Shown: piece after piece, positions 40,721 to 49,042 of the stretch
Numbering within the stretch: position 1 is the first letter of the stretch
How the letters are laid out: every line of letters starts with the position of its first letter
Source of the DNA: Bacteroidota bacterium
Lineage (GTDB): Bacteria > Bacteroidota > Bacteroidia > Bacteroidales > VadinHA17
Length of the DNA: 64,000 bases
Direction: 5' to 3'
Assembly: GCA_037127735.1 (NCBI GenBank)
Contig: JBAXXU010000007.1
Location: forward strand, 1,023 to 65,022
Notes under the pieces: model-generated
Databases searched by the model: none
What the model was told of the DNA's origin: nothing
The model's input: the letters and a program-made list of their open reading frames with translations, nothing else
Translations under genes and position numbers: made by a program

Positions 40721-42889
40721 ATGAAAAGCAAGCTACTGACAATCACGTTATTATTGACGATTTTACTGGCTCCTGCAACGAGGGCCGATGAAGGTATGTG
40801 GATACCTCTCCTGATCGAAAAATACAATATTAAACTGATGCAGGAGAAGGGTTTTAAGCTTTCAGCCGAAGATATTTACAGCGTTAACAAAGCTTGCATG
40901 AAAGATGCAATTGTACAATTTGGCGGTGGCTGTACCGGAGAAGTTATATCCCCTGATGGACTTATGATAACAAACCATCATTGTGGTTATGGCCTGATAC
41001 AGAAACATTCAACTCTTGAAAATGATTATCTTACGAATGGATTCTGGGCTATGTCACGCGAAGATGAATTGGCTAATCCGGGCCTTACAGTCACTTTCTT
41101 AAAAAGAATGGAGGATGTAACTGACAGAGTACTTAAAAGTGTGACTGCTGAGATGACAGCAGTTGAACGCGAAAAAGTGATTAATGACAATATAGCTGCA
41201 ATAATTGCAGGCGCAATAGACGGAACCGGTTTTACTGCAACTGTGCGTCCTTTTTATATGGGAAACCAGTATTTCATTTTTGTGAACCAAACATTCAGGG
41301 ATATCCGTCTTGTCGGAGCTCCGCCTTCATCTATAGGAAAATTCGGTGGTGAAACTGATAACTGGATATGGCCGCGCCACACCGGTGATTTTTCCCTCTT
41401 CAGAATTTATGCCGGTAAAGACAACAAACCGGCTGAATATTCAAAAGATAACCTTCCATATAAACCTTTTTACCATTTCCCGATCTCATTGAAAGGTATA
41501 AAAGAGGGTGATTTTACAATGGTCTTCGGATATCCCGGATCTACTTCTGAATATGTTCCCTCATATCATGTCGATATGGTTAAAAACTATCTGAATCCCA
41601 AGATGATAGTTATCCGTACAAAGAAGATTGAAATTATGGAAGCAGCAATTAATTCTGATCCTCTTATCAGGATTCAGTATTCTGCAAAGAAAGCCGGTAT
41701 AGCCAATTCATGGAAGAAATGGATAGGAGAGAGCCAGGGACTGGAAAAGTTGGGAACAATAGCAAAAAAACAGGAATTTGAGAACAGTCTTACAGAGTGG
41801 ATAAATTCAGATAAAGACCGGTTTTCAAAATACGGGAACATTCTCCCGCAGTATAAGGTATTATATGCAGGATTGAATGAATATAATATTGTGAACAGTT
41901 ATACTAATGAAGTATTCTTCGGCAGCGGTGCAGAAGCAGTTGGTTTTTCAAGAAATGTAAGGGTTCTGGCAGAACTGGTTAAGAACAAAGAATCAGAAGA
42001 AAATATTAAGAAAATAAAAAGTAACCTTCTTAATTCAGGTAAAAATTTCTTTGAGAACTATAATATTGCCACCGACAAAAAACTATTTGTTGCAGTAATG
42101 ACATTATACGGTGATAATATCGATTTGAAATGGCAGGCCCCTGAGTATATCAAATTGAAGAATTCATGCAAAGGAAACTTTTCATCCGTAGTCGATAAAC
42201 TGTTTAGTAAAACAATTTTTGCCGATGAAGCCAGGTTTAATGCTTTCATAACAGAATTTAACACATCCGCCATACGCAGGCTTAATAAGGATCCGTTTTA
42301 CTTACTTGCACTAAGCGCCGGGGAATTTCTTGCAGGTAATGTAAAACCTGAGCTGACAAGGCTTAATACAGAGATTCAGAAACTTAACAGGGATTATATG
42401 GAGGCACAGATGGAGTTTGATAAAGAGAGGGTCTTCTATCCCGATGCCAATTCAACACTACGTCTTACTTATGGAACAGTTAAGGGATATTTTTCAAAAG
42501 ATGCGGTTTACTTCACTCCTTATACAACTCTGAAAGGTATTATTGAAAAAGATAATCCGGCAATCTACGATTATGATGTTCCTGAAAAGCTCCGGCAGTT
42601 GTATAAGACCAAAGATTATGGCCGTTACCCGCAGGATGGAGAAGTTCCTGTATGTTTTATAGCTGATAACCATACAACAGGCGGAAATTCAGGAAGTCCT
42701 GTTATTAATGCCGATGGTCAGCTTATCGGTGTCAATTTCGACAGGGCATGGGAAGGTGTTGCCAGCGACATTGCATTTAATCCTGATCAGAGCCGTAATA
42801 TCAGTCTCGATATAAGATACGCGCTTTTTATTATCGACAAGTTTGCCGGTGCCGGTTATCTGCTTAAAGAGATGACAATTATCGAATAA
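40721..42889 (+). CDS. S46-family dipeptidyl-peptidase (DPP7/DPP11-like)
   Basis: Signal peptide then ADEGMW. Active-site GGNSGSPV. Confidence 0.9.
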   Translation: MKSKLLTITLLLTILLAPATRADEGMWIPLLIEKYNIKLMQEKGFKLSAEDIYSVNKACMKDAIVQFGGGCTGEVISPDGLMITNHHCGYGLIQKHSTLENDYLTNGFWAMSREDELANPGLTVTFLKRMEDVTDRVLKSVTAEMTAVEREKVINDNIAAIIAGAIDGTGFTATVRPFYMGNQYFIFVNQTFRDIRLVGAPPSSIGKFGGETDNWIWPRHTGDFSLFRIYAGKDNKPAEYSKDNLPYKPFYHFPISLKGIKEGDFTMVFGYPGSTSEYVPSYHVDMVKNYLNPKMIVIRTKKIEIMEAAINSDPLIRIQYSAKKAGIANSWKKWIGESQGLEKLGTIAKKQEFENSLTEWINSDKDRFSKYGNILPQYKVLYAGLNEYNIVNSYTNEVFFGSGAEAVGFSRNVRVLAELVKNKESEENIKKIKSNLLNSGKNFFENYNIATDKKLFVAVMTLYGDNIDLKWQAPEYIKLKNSCKGNFSSVVDKLFSKTIFADEARFNAFITEFNTSAIRRLNKDPFYLLALSAGEFLAGNVKPELTRLNTEIQKLNRDYMEAQMEFDKERVFYPDANSTLRLTYGTVKGYFSKDAVYFTPYTTLKGIIEKDNPAIYDYDVPEKLRQLYKTKDYGRYPQDGEVPVCFIADNHTTGGNSGSPVINADGQLIGVNFDRAWEGVASDIAFNPDQSRNISLDIRYALFIIDKFAGAGYLLKEMTIIE

Positions 42890-42901
42890 ACTCTTTTACC
42901 G

Positions 42902-42945
42902 CGCCCTTCGCCCTTCACCCTCCGCCCCGGGCGAAAGGTTTTTTT
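42902..42945. terminator. hairpin plus T-run between convergent genes, with a stem built from heptamer units
   Basis: CGCCCTT CGCCCTT CACCCTC CGCCCCG, then GGGCGAAAGG pairing back onto CCCTTCGCCC, then TTTTTTT. Confidence 0.55.
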
Positions 42946-42960
42946 ATTAGTAAAGAGAGG

Positions 42961-44145
42961 TCAGATATATTCAAAACTCACTTTCTTAAGCCATTTTTCT
43001 TCGAGCAACCGTGCAATCCGTTTTACCACGGTTCGTCTTATTTCAAGGTCAACGGGCAGGTTGGGATCCTGATGGGCGATGTTTATCCTTGTACCGATAA
43101 TGAAGTGAATCTCATCACTTTCCATAATAAGCCTCACTATCTTATCGGCTGGTCCTTTACCCAGCCTGACACTATTATTATATATTTTCAGTATTTCATT
43201 TACCTTCTGCAGAGTCAGTATCCCCTCAGTTACAAGATCAATTCCTTCAAGAAAACTTTCGGGAGGCAGCTCCGGATCTTCGAAGATAAGTTCATCAACG
43301 ATGGTCCTGTTCAACTCCCTCGCAACTATATCTGCCGTGGTGCCCCCGCAAAGAATTACTTTTCCTTTGTATCCCAAAACTTTTGCCCCCAGGTCTTTGT
43401 CTTTTTCCTTTTCGTAGGGAGGCCCGGTAGAGATAAGTAGTTTGCGCGGTTCGCGAAAATATATTGTTGCACAGCTTATATCGTCCCTCGCTTTATAACT
43501 GTCGTTTTTATGAGCCATTGTAACTATCTTTCCTGCAAGCATCATGGCAGAAATTGATGCTTCACTCGAAACGAGAGAAGCAGCATAGTTAGATAGATTC
43601 TCCCTTTCCCATCCGAATGGATATGCTTCACTGCCCATTCCACTCTGAGATACTCCATCAGAGCAAAAGATTATCCTGTCTTCTTTTTCAGGCATGAACG
43701 TGCAGGTTTTGAGAATTTTTCCGGAATGTTTGCCTTTTTCAAGCACAACTTTTTTCCAAACGGGATCAAATATCTGATTGCCTCTTAAAACAACTGTTGA
43801 GGGGTTGTCATATTCAAGTATGGTGGCCCGGCCACTGCTCTCTATGTCAATTATTGTGAAGGTGGAATAGCTGATTTTCCTTTCGCTGCATACAGGAAGG
43901 GTATTCATTATGATCTCTGCAATACGGTCAACCTCTTTATGTTCGCGGGTGAAATTTATGGCCATCGTTGCAGTGAGGGTAGCAAGAATATTTGCTTTCA
44001 CACCGTGACCCATACCATCAGATAAAACTGCAATAACCCTGTTTTCTTCTTTAATATAACGGTAAAGGAAGACATCACCGGAAATCCTCTCACCGTCATG
44101 ATTCCTCTGCTGGCTGTTTACCTCAATATAAAAGTTCCTGTTCAC
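42961..44145 (-). CDS. SpoIIE/PP2C-family protein phosphatase with a ~190-aa C-terminal extension
   Basis: GDVFLY...LSDGMGHG...FCSDGV metal-binding Asp motifs. Starts 6 nt after the hydS-PAS stop. Confidence 0.8.
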   Translation of the reverse strand: MNRNFYIEVNSQQRNHDGERISGDVFLYRYIKEENRVIAVLSDGMGHGVKANILATLTATMAINFTREHKEVDRIAEIIMNTLPVCSERKISYSTFTIIDIESSGRATILEYDNPSTVVLRGNQIFDPVWKKVVLEKGKHSGKILKTCTFMPEKEDRIIFCSDGVSQSGMGSEAYPFGWERENLSNYAASLVSSEASISAMMLAGKIVTMAHKNDSYKARDDISCATIYFREPRKLLISTGPPYEKEKDKDLGAKVLGYKGKVILCGGTTADIVARELNRTIVDELIFEDPELPPESFLEGIDLVTEGILTLQKVNEILKIYNNSVRLGKGPADKIVRLIMESDEIHFIIGTRINIAHQDPNLPVDLEIRRTVVKRIARLLEEKWLKKVSFEYI

Positions 44146-44151
44146 GTAAGA

Positions 44152-46038
44152 TTATTTCAGTTTGTTATTCTGACTTACCTTTTTTGTTTTGTACGACTCT
44201 ATTATCGAGTTGAGCATCTGTTCCGTTTCAGAAGCGCCTTCCCCAAGCAGAAACCCGATCTTTTGAACCATTTCAAGGTTTTTATCAATTACCTCGCTTA
44301 CCCTGTTTGTCACCTCTTCACCCTGTACCTCAGGCGAGTACAGGTCGCGGATTATTGCTCCGCACATCTTGTTCTTTTTTATTGGAAATATGGAGATATT
44401 CAGCATCTTATCTTCAAAATGGACATCTTTGCTCACAACAGGTTCGTCTTCTTTAATAACAAATGTAAACATGTTATACACATTGAATGGGATGAGCGTC
44501 TTTATATCGGCGCCTGCCAGCCCGGGGATAACATCTGATATTGCTTTGGCATCTTCCCCGATTATATTTATGAAGCTTTGATTTGAATGGAGTATTTTCA
44601 GAAAATTATCAACGATAACAACGCCTGTCGGGAGTTTTTCGAGCATGTTATTCATCATATCAGAAGCGCTTTGTGCTATCTCCTTTTCCCTGCGGGCAAG
44701 CTCTTCTGATTCCTTGAGGGCTTTTTTTGTTTCAGCCAGCTTCCTGTTTGTCTGCCTGAGTGTTTCAATGTACTCCTGTTTGTTACGCAGGTTGAAGGTA
44801 TGGCACATTTCAGGAACTGCAAGCCCTTTTGCAACAGTTGATGCAAAATCGCGGCACGAAAGGTATCCACAAGCGCCACAGTTTAATTCTTCATCAGGAT
44901 TATTTTTACCCACGATTTTAAGTACCTCATTTATTGCCTCTTCAGGAGGTTCCGGGATTCTCTGATCGTCAGGGGAAAAGGTTCTGGAAAAATCGAGTTT
45001 CGACCATTTTTCCATACTTTTTTGCCAGAGTACTTTATCAATTTTTTCAACCCTTTTTTCTGCATACTTCCGTACCAGGGCCCTTCTTCTGAACCGTTCA
45101 TTGTGATGCTCCATGGCCGGACCCAACAGGCATCCGTGACAGAAAAACAAGTTGAAATGGTGTTTTATTGTATCAATGTATTTATCGAAATCATTTATTG
45201 CTTCAAGGATTTCCTCCTTTCCTGAAGCAGTTATAACACTGCTCGAAACCATGTCGCGCTTAATTCCTCCTGCCTGTATTATCCCGGCCGGAAGAGGGTA
45301 GAGGGCGCCCCAGTTGCCATAAGGAGGATCAAAATCCGACAACTTAACGAGCCGTTCCTGGATATTGAACTCATCAAAAAGCTGCCTCAACTCAATAAAT
45401 GTAAGAACTCCGTCAACCAGTTTGCCTGAACTATAAATCAGCGATTCGTCCTTTGCATCGAGGCATGGTCCTATCTGAATCGTTGCAACATCAGCCCCGT
45501 ACAACTCCTTCACTACCATTGCGGTAGCAATCATAGGAGAGACTAATGGGGCAAGGTTTGGTACCAGGTCCGGATAAAATTTCTCCACCATCTTAACAAT
45601 TGAAGGGCAATTGGCAGTTATGTAATACTTGCCTTCTGCTTTTGAGAAAAGCTTTGCATAGGCCGCGGCAATCAGATCAACTCCGAATGAATCTTCATGA
45701 ACATAATCAAATCCCAGCGACCTGATCATTCCCACGAACTTCCTGTAATCAGTTATGTCGTCAAACTCCGAAGCAATACTCGGTTCAATCAGGGCTGCAG
45801 TTTTCCTGCCTGATGACAGTAATTTCTTCACTTCTTCCCTCGAGTCGCGGAACCCGATAGCATGAGGGGTGCATGCAACATAGCATAAACCGCAACCTAT
45901 ACACCTGTCAGGAAGTATGAACGGATGCTCCTTCTGAGGCTTAACCTCTATGGCATTGACAGGGCAGACACGAACGCAGGAATATGAATTTCTGCATTTA
46001 TCGTCATTTATGAACAGAACAGGTTTTATGTCCGTCAT
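44152..46038 (-). CDS. hydS: sensory-type [FeFe]-hydrogenase (HydS-like) fused to a PAS domain
   Basis: N-terminal ferredoxin motifs. H-cluster motifs ANCPS, GPCLDAKDE and FFCHGCLLGP. Extra Cx2Cx4Cx16C (CGACGYLSC...EMC). Coiled linker and a PAS-like C-terminus. Confidence 0.8.
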   Translation of the reverse strand: MTDIKPVLFINDDKCRNSYSCVRVCPVNAIEVKPQKEHPFILPDRCIGCGLCYVACTPHAIGFRDSREEVKKLLSSGRKTAALIEPSIASEFDDITDYRKFVGMIRSLGFDYVHEDSFGVDLIAAAYAKLFSKAEGKYYITANCPSIVKMVEKFYPDLVPNLAPLVSPMIATAMVVKELYGADVATIQIGPCLDAKDESLIYSSGKLVDGVLTFIELRQLFDEFNIQERLVKLSDFDPPYGNWGALYPLPAGIIQAGGIKRDMVSSSVITASGKEEILEAINDFDKYIDTIKHHFNLFFCHGCLLGPAMEHHNERFRRRALVRKYAEKRVEKIDKVLWQKSMEKWSKLDFSRTFSPDDQRIPEPPEEAINEVLKIVGKNNPDEELNCGACGYLSCRDFASTVAKGLAVPEMCHTFNLRNKQEYIETLRQTNRKLAETKKALKESEELARREKEIAQSASDMMNNMLEKLPTGVVIVDNFLKILHSNQSFINIIGEDAKAISDVIPGLAGADIKTLIPFNVYNMFTFVIKEDEPVVSKDVHFEDKMLNISIFPIKKNKMCGAIIRDLYSPEVQGEEVTNRVSEVIDKNLEMVQKIGFLLGEGASETEQMLNSIIESYKTKKVSQNNKLK

Positions 46039-46057
46039 TTTACATTAAACTTACTTA

Positions 46058-46309
46058 TTATAATCTGGCAAATTCTTTTTCGAGGATACCTTCAATTTTT
46101 GAGATGGTAACACCTTCAGTTGTTATCCCGTTAATATTCAGATTCGGGCCATTACTGCAATTGCCCATGCAACGCGCTCCTTTGAAAATGACTTTGTCGT
46201 CGAGATGGTTTTTCCTCAGGTATTCCCGTATGAACATTACTACATCCTTGTTACCTCTTGAAAAACAGGAACTGCCGAGACAAATTTGCATTTCAATTCT
46301 TTGAGCCAT
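46058..46309 (-). CDS. thioredoxin-like [2Fe-2S] ferredoxin
   Basis: 83 aa. CLGSSCF ... CMGNCSNGP four-Cys pattern, as in NuoE-type domains. Confidence 0.7.
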   Translation of the reverse strand: MAQRIEMQICLGSSCFSRGNKDVVMFIREYLRKNHLDDKVIFKGARCMGNCSNGPNLNINGITTEGVTISKIEGILEKEFARL

Positions 46310-46527
46310 TTTTTACTGTTCATAAATAAACAACAACATCAAAAGTAATATTTTTTTTCGAGCCGGCATCAATCACTTTTCATCTAAAAGTAGCATAATT
46401 ATTTAGTATTATCCGACTGCTCCTCATTCTACCCGGTAATGGAATTACTTAGTAAATATTATCATATTTTGTAAATAGCAGATATACAGCATATAAGCTA
46501 TATGTTGAACGTAATATAAATTATTAA

Positions 46528-46572
46528 TTTTATTGTTAATAAAATAACAATGTTTATTTATTAACAATAAAA
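46528..46572. promoter_or_regulatory. perfect 15-bp inverted repeat containing two overlapping Rex-box-like operators
   Basis: TTTTATTGTTAATAA (46528-46542) and TTATTAACAATAAAA (46558-46572). TTGTTAA-TAAA-ATAACAA (46533-46550) matches 13/14 half-site positions of TTGTTAAnnnnTTAACAA. ATGTTTA-TTTA-TTAACAA (46550-46567) matches 12/14. Confidence 0.45.
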
Positions 46573-46577
46573 TCAAT

Positions 46578-46585
46578 TATCTTTG
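46578..46585 (+). promoter_or_regulatory. candidate -7 box (TAnnTTTG) of the hydCBA promoter
   Basis: TATCTTTG lies 28 nt upstream of the hydC ATG. The Rex-like boxes lie where a -33 element would be. Confidence 0.35.
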
Positions 46586-46613
46586 TGTTGAAATATTTTA
46601 TTTTTTTTCAGGG

Positions 46614-47084
46614 ATGGATAAGGATCTTGACATAATTCTCAAAAAGTACAAACAGGGGAAACGGGAGGATCTTATTCCTCTTCTTCAGGAAATACAGGAA
46701 GATCTTGGTCATCTTTCTGAAGATGCAATTATAAAGGTCGGAAGTTTTTTAGGGCTAAGCACAACTAAGATCTATGGCCTTGCTACATTTTACGACAGGT
46801 TCAGGTTCATCCCTCGCGGAAAAATTCAGATAAAGATTTGCCATGGCACTTCATGTTTTCTTAACGGATCGCAGGCTATCATTAATAAAATAAAAGAAGA
46901 GACAGGTGTAATGCCCGGCCAAACTACCAGAGATGGCAATTTCAGCTATGAGATTGTATCATGTATGGGTGGCTGCCATAATGGCCCGTTGATAAATGTT
47001 AACGAAGAATTTCAGATACATATTAAGGCTGAACAACTGCCTGAACTTATTAAAAAACTTAAGTACGTTATTGAAAGCGACTAA
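46614..47084 (+). CDS. hydC: NuoE-like [2Fe-2S] subunit of an NAD(P)-linked [FeFe]-hydrogenase
   Basis: ICHGTSCFLNG ... VSCMGGCHNGP. Confidence 0.85.
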   Translation: MDKDLDIILKKYKQGKREDLIPLLQEIQEDLGHLSEDAIIKVGSFLGLSTTKIYGLATFYDRFRFIPRGKIQIKICHGTSCFLNGSQAIINKIKEETGVMPGQTTRDGNFSYEIVSCMGGCHNGPLINVNEEFQIHIKAEQLPELIKKLKYVIESD

Positions 47085-47102
47085 TTCAATATTGCAACCC
47101 GG

Positions 47103-49037
47103 ATGGAAGATCTGAAGACATTTCTTATTAACAAAGTCCTGTTATCTGAATCCGATGCCTTACCTCCGGAAACCGAAAAGGTATTACAGCAAATCAGGCG
47201 TGAAAAACCCAATGAACCTGTGATCTTTGTCTCATCCGGCACAAGCAGTGTTATTGCCGGATCGGAAAAAACATATTCTGCAATTGATACATATATTATT
47301 GAAAATGAACCATCAGCGCGATTAGTGCGCGTCGGGTGTGCCGGACCGGCTAATTTTGAACCTCTGGTCTGCATTCAGATACCCGGCAAAAACAAACTGT
47401 TCTTCAGAAATATTACAGAGGAGAAGGTTGAACCGCTTCTCAACGGTGTTTTTCATAACGATATTAATGAAGAAGACCTTGCCGGTCAGTCCGGAACGAA
47501 AGGATTTGAATTATGGCCGGGAATTCCTTTTATGGATCAGTTGCCCTTCTTTGCCAACCAGAAAAGGGTGGTACTCGGCAATTGCGGTTGTTACGACCCG
47601 GAAAGTATTGAAGAATACATCGCCCGGGGAGGTTACAGGGCATATATTAAAACAATCACACATTATACTTTTGAAGAGGTATGTGATATCGTGGAAAGGA
47701 GCGGTCTGAGAGGTAGAAGCGGGGGAGGATATCTGACAGGACTAAAATGGAAACATGCTCTTAACACAACTTCAAATGCAAGATATCTTATATGCAACGC
47801 GAAGGAGAGCGACCCCGGAGCGTTCACCGACAGAACCATTCTTGAAAGCGACCCCCATCGTCTTGTTGAAGGTATTGCAATAGCTTCGTATGCCATAGGC
47901 GCTTCAAATGCCATAGTATTTATCAGATCGGGTTCCGATCATGCAAGAAACAGACTTCAGAAAGCAATCAACAAGGCCAGGGATTATGGCCTTTTCGGAC
48001 ATAATATTTTTTCAAGCGGATACAACCTCGATATTGTGATCCGCAAAGAACCCGGCGCCTTTGTATGCGGTGAAGAAACTGCTCTGATAAACTCTCTCGA
48101 AGGAAAAAGAGGAATGCCCAGGCTTAAACCTCCTTATCCCACCACTGCAGGATTATTCGGCAAGCCAACTGTGATTAACAATGTTGAGACTCTGATGAAT
48201 GTCCCGCTTATAATGCAGAACGGACCGGAATGGTTCAGAACGCTTGGAACAGAAAACAGCCCCGGCACTAAAATTTTCGCTGTGGCAGGAAAAGGGCGCA
48301 TGTCGGGCGTGGTGGAGGTTGAAATGGGAACAACCATAAGGACAATACTGGAAGATATTGCCGATGGCATACGTGAGGGAAAAGAGTTTAAAGCCATACA
48401 GCTGGGCGGAGCTTCAGGCTCTTTTATTACCAGCGAAAACCTCGATATTGCAATAGATTATGACGATCTCAAAGAAAAAGGGATAGGAATGGGCGCCGGA
48501 GGATTCGTGATAATTGATGAGAACACCTGTATGGTTGACCTCGTGAGATATTATATGGAATTTATCCGTAATGAGAGTTGTGGCAAATGTATTCCATGTC
48601 GCGAAGGTACAGGCAGGATGCTCGAGATACTTGAGAGCGTGATAAGAAAACCTTTGAATGAGGAGTCGGGAACAACCCTTGAACGGTTTAAAGGGGTAAT
48701 GCAACTCGAAACAATTGCATCGGTGATGAAAGACACCTCCCTTTGCGGCCTTGGCCAGGCAGCTCCAAACCCTTTTATAAGCGCACTAAAGAACTTCAGG
48801 GATGAGTTTGAAGAACATATATTCGACAGGAAATGCCGTGCCAATATCTGCAGGGGATTAAGGTCATTCTCAATTGACGTGGATAAATGTACCGGATGTA
48901 CTGCATGTGCAGGCAAATGTCCGGTGAACGCGATTTATGGAACCCGCCTTCAGCCATTTTTTATTGTTGAGGAGAAATGTATCGGCTGTGGTATCTGTTT
49001 TGATATTTGTAAATTCAGTGCAATAACTGTTAAATAA
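47103..49037 (+). CDS. hydB: NuoF-like flavoprotein subunit (FMN, NAD(P)H, Fe-S) of an [FeFe]-hydrogenase
   Basis: GRSGGGYLTGLKW (FMN site), ESCGKCIPCREG, and C-terminal 2x CxxCxxCxxxCP (CTGCTACAGKCP, CIGCGICFDIC). Confidence 0.9.
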   Translation: MEDLKTFLINKVLLSESDALPPETEKVLQQIRREKPNEPVIFVSSGTSSVIAGSEKTYSAIDTYIIENEPSARLVRVGCAGPANFEPLVCIQIPGKNKLFFRNITEEKVEPLLNGVFHNDINEEDLAGQSGTKGFELWPGIPFMDQLPFFANQKRVVLGNCGCYDPESIEEYIARGGYRAYIKTITHYTFEEVCDIVERSGLRGRSGGGYLTGLKWKHALNTTSNARYLICNAKESDPGAFTDRTILESDPHRLVEGIAIASYAIGASNAIVFIRSGSDHARNRLQKAINKARDYGLFGHNIFSSGYNLDIVIRKEPGAFVCGEETALINSLEGKRGMPRLKPPYPTTAGLFGKPTVINNVETLMNVPLIMQNGPEWFRTLGTENSPGTKIFAVAGKGRMSGVVEVEMGTTIRTILEDIADGIREGKEFKAIQLGGASGSFITSENLDIAIDYDDLKEKGIGMGAGGFVIIDENTCMVDLVRYYMEFIRNESCGKCIPCREGTGRMLEILESVIRKPLNEESGTTLERFKGVMQLETIASVMKDTSLCGLGQAAPNPFISALKNFRDEFEEHIFDRKCRANICRGLRSFSIDVDKCTGCTACAGKCPVNAIYGTRLQPFFIVEEKCIGCGICFDICKFSAITVK

Positions 49038-49042
49038 CCAAT

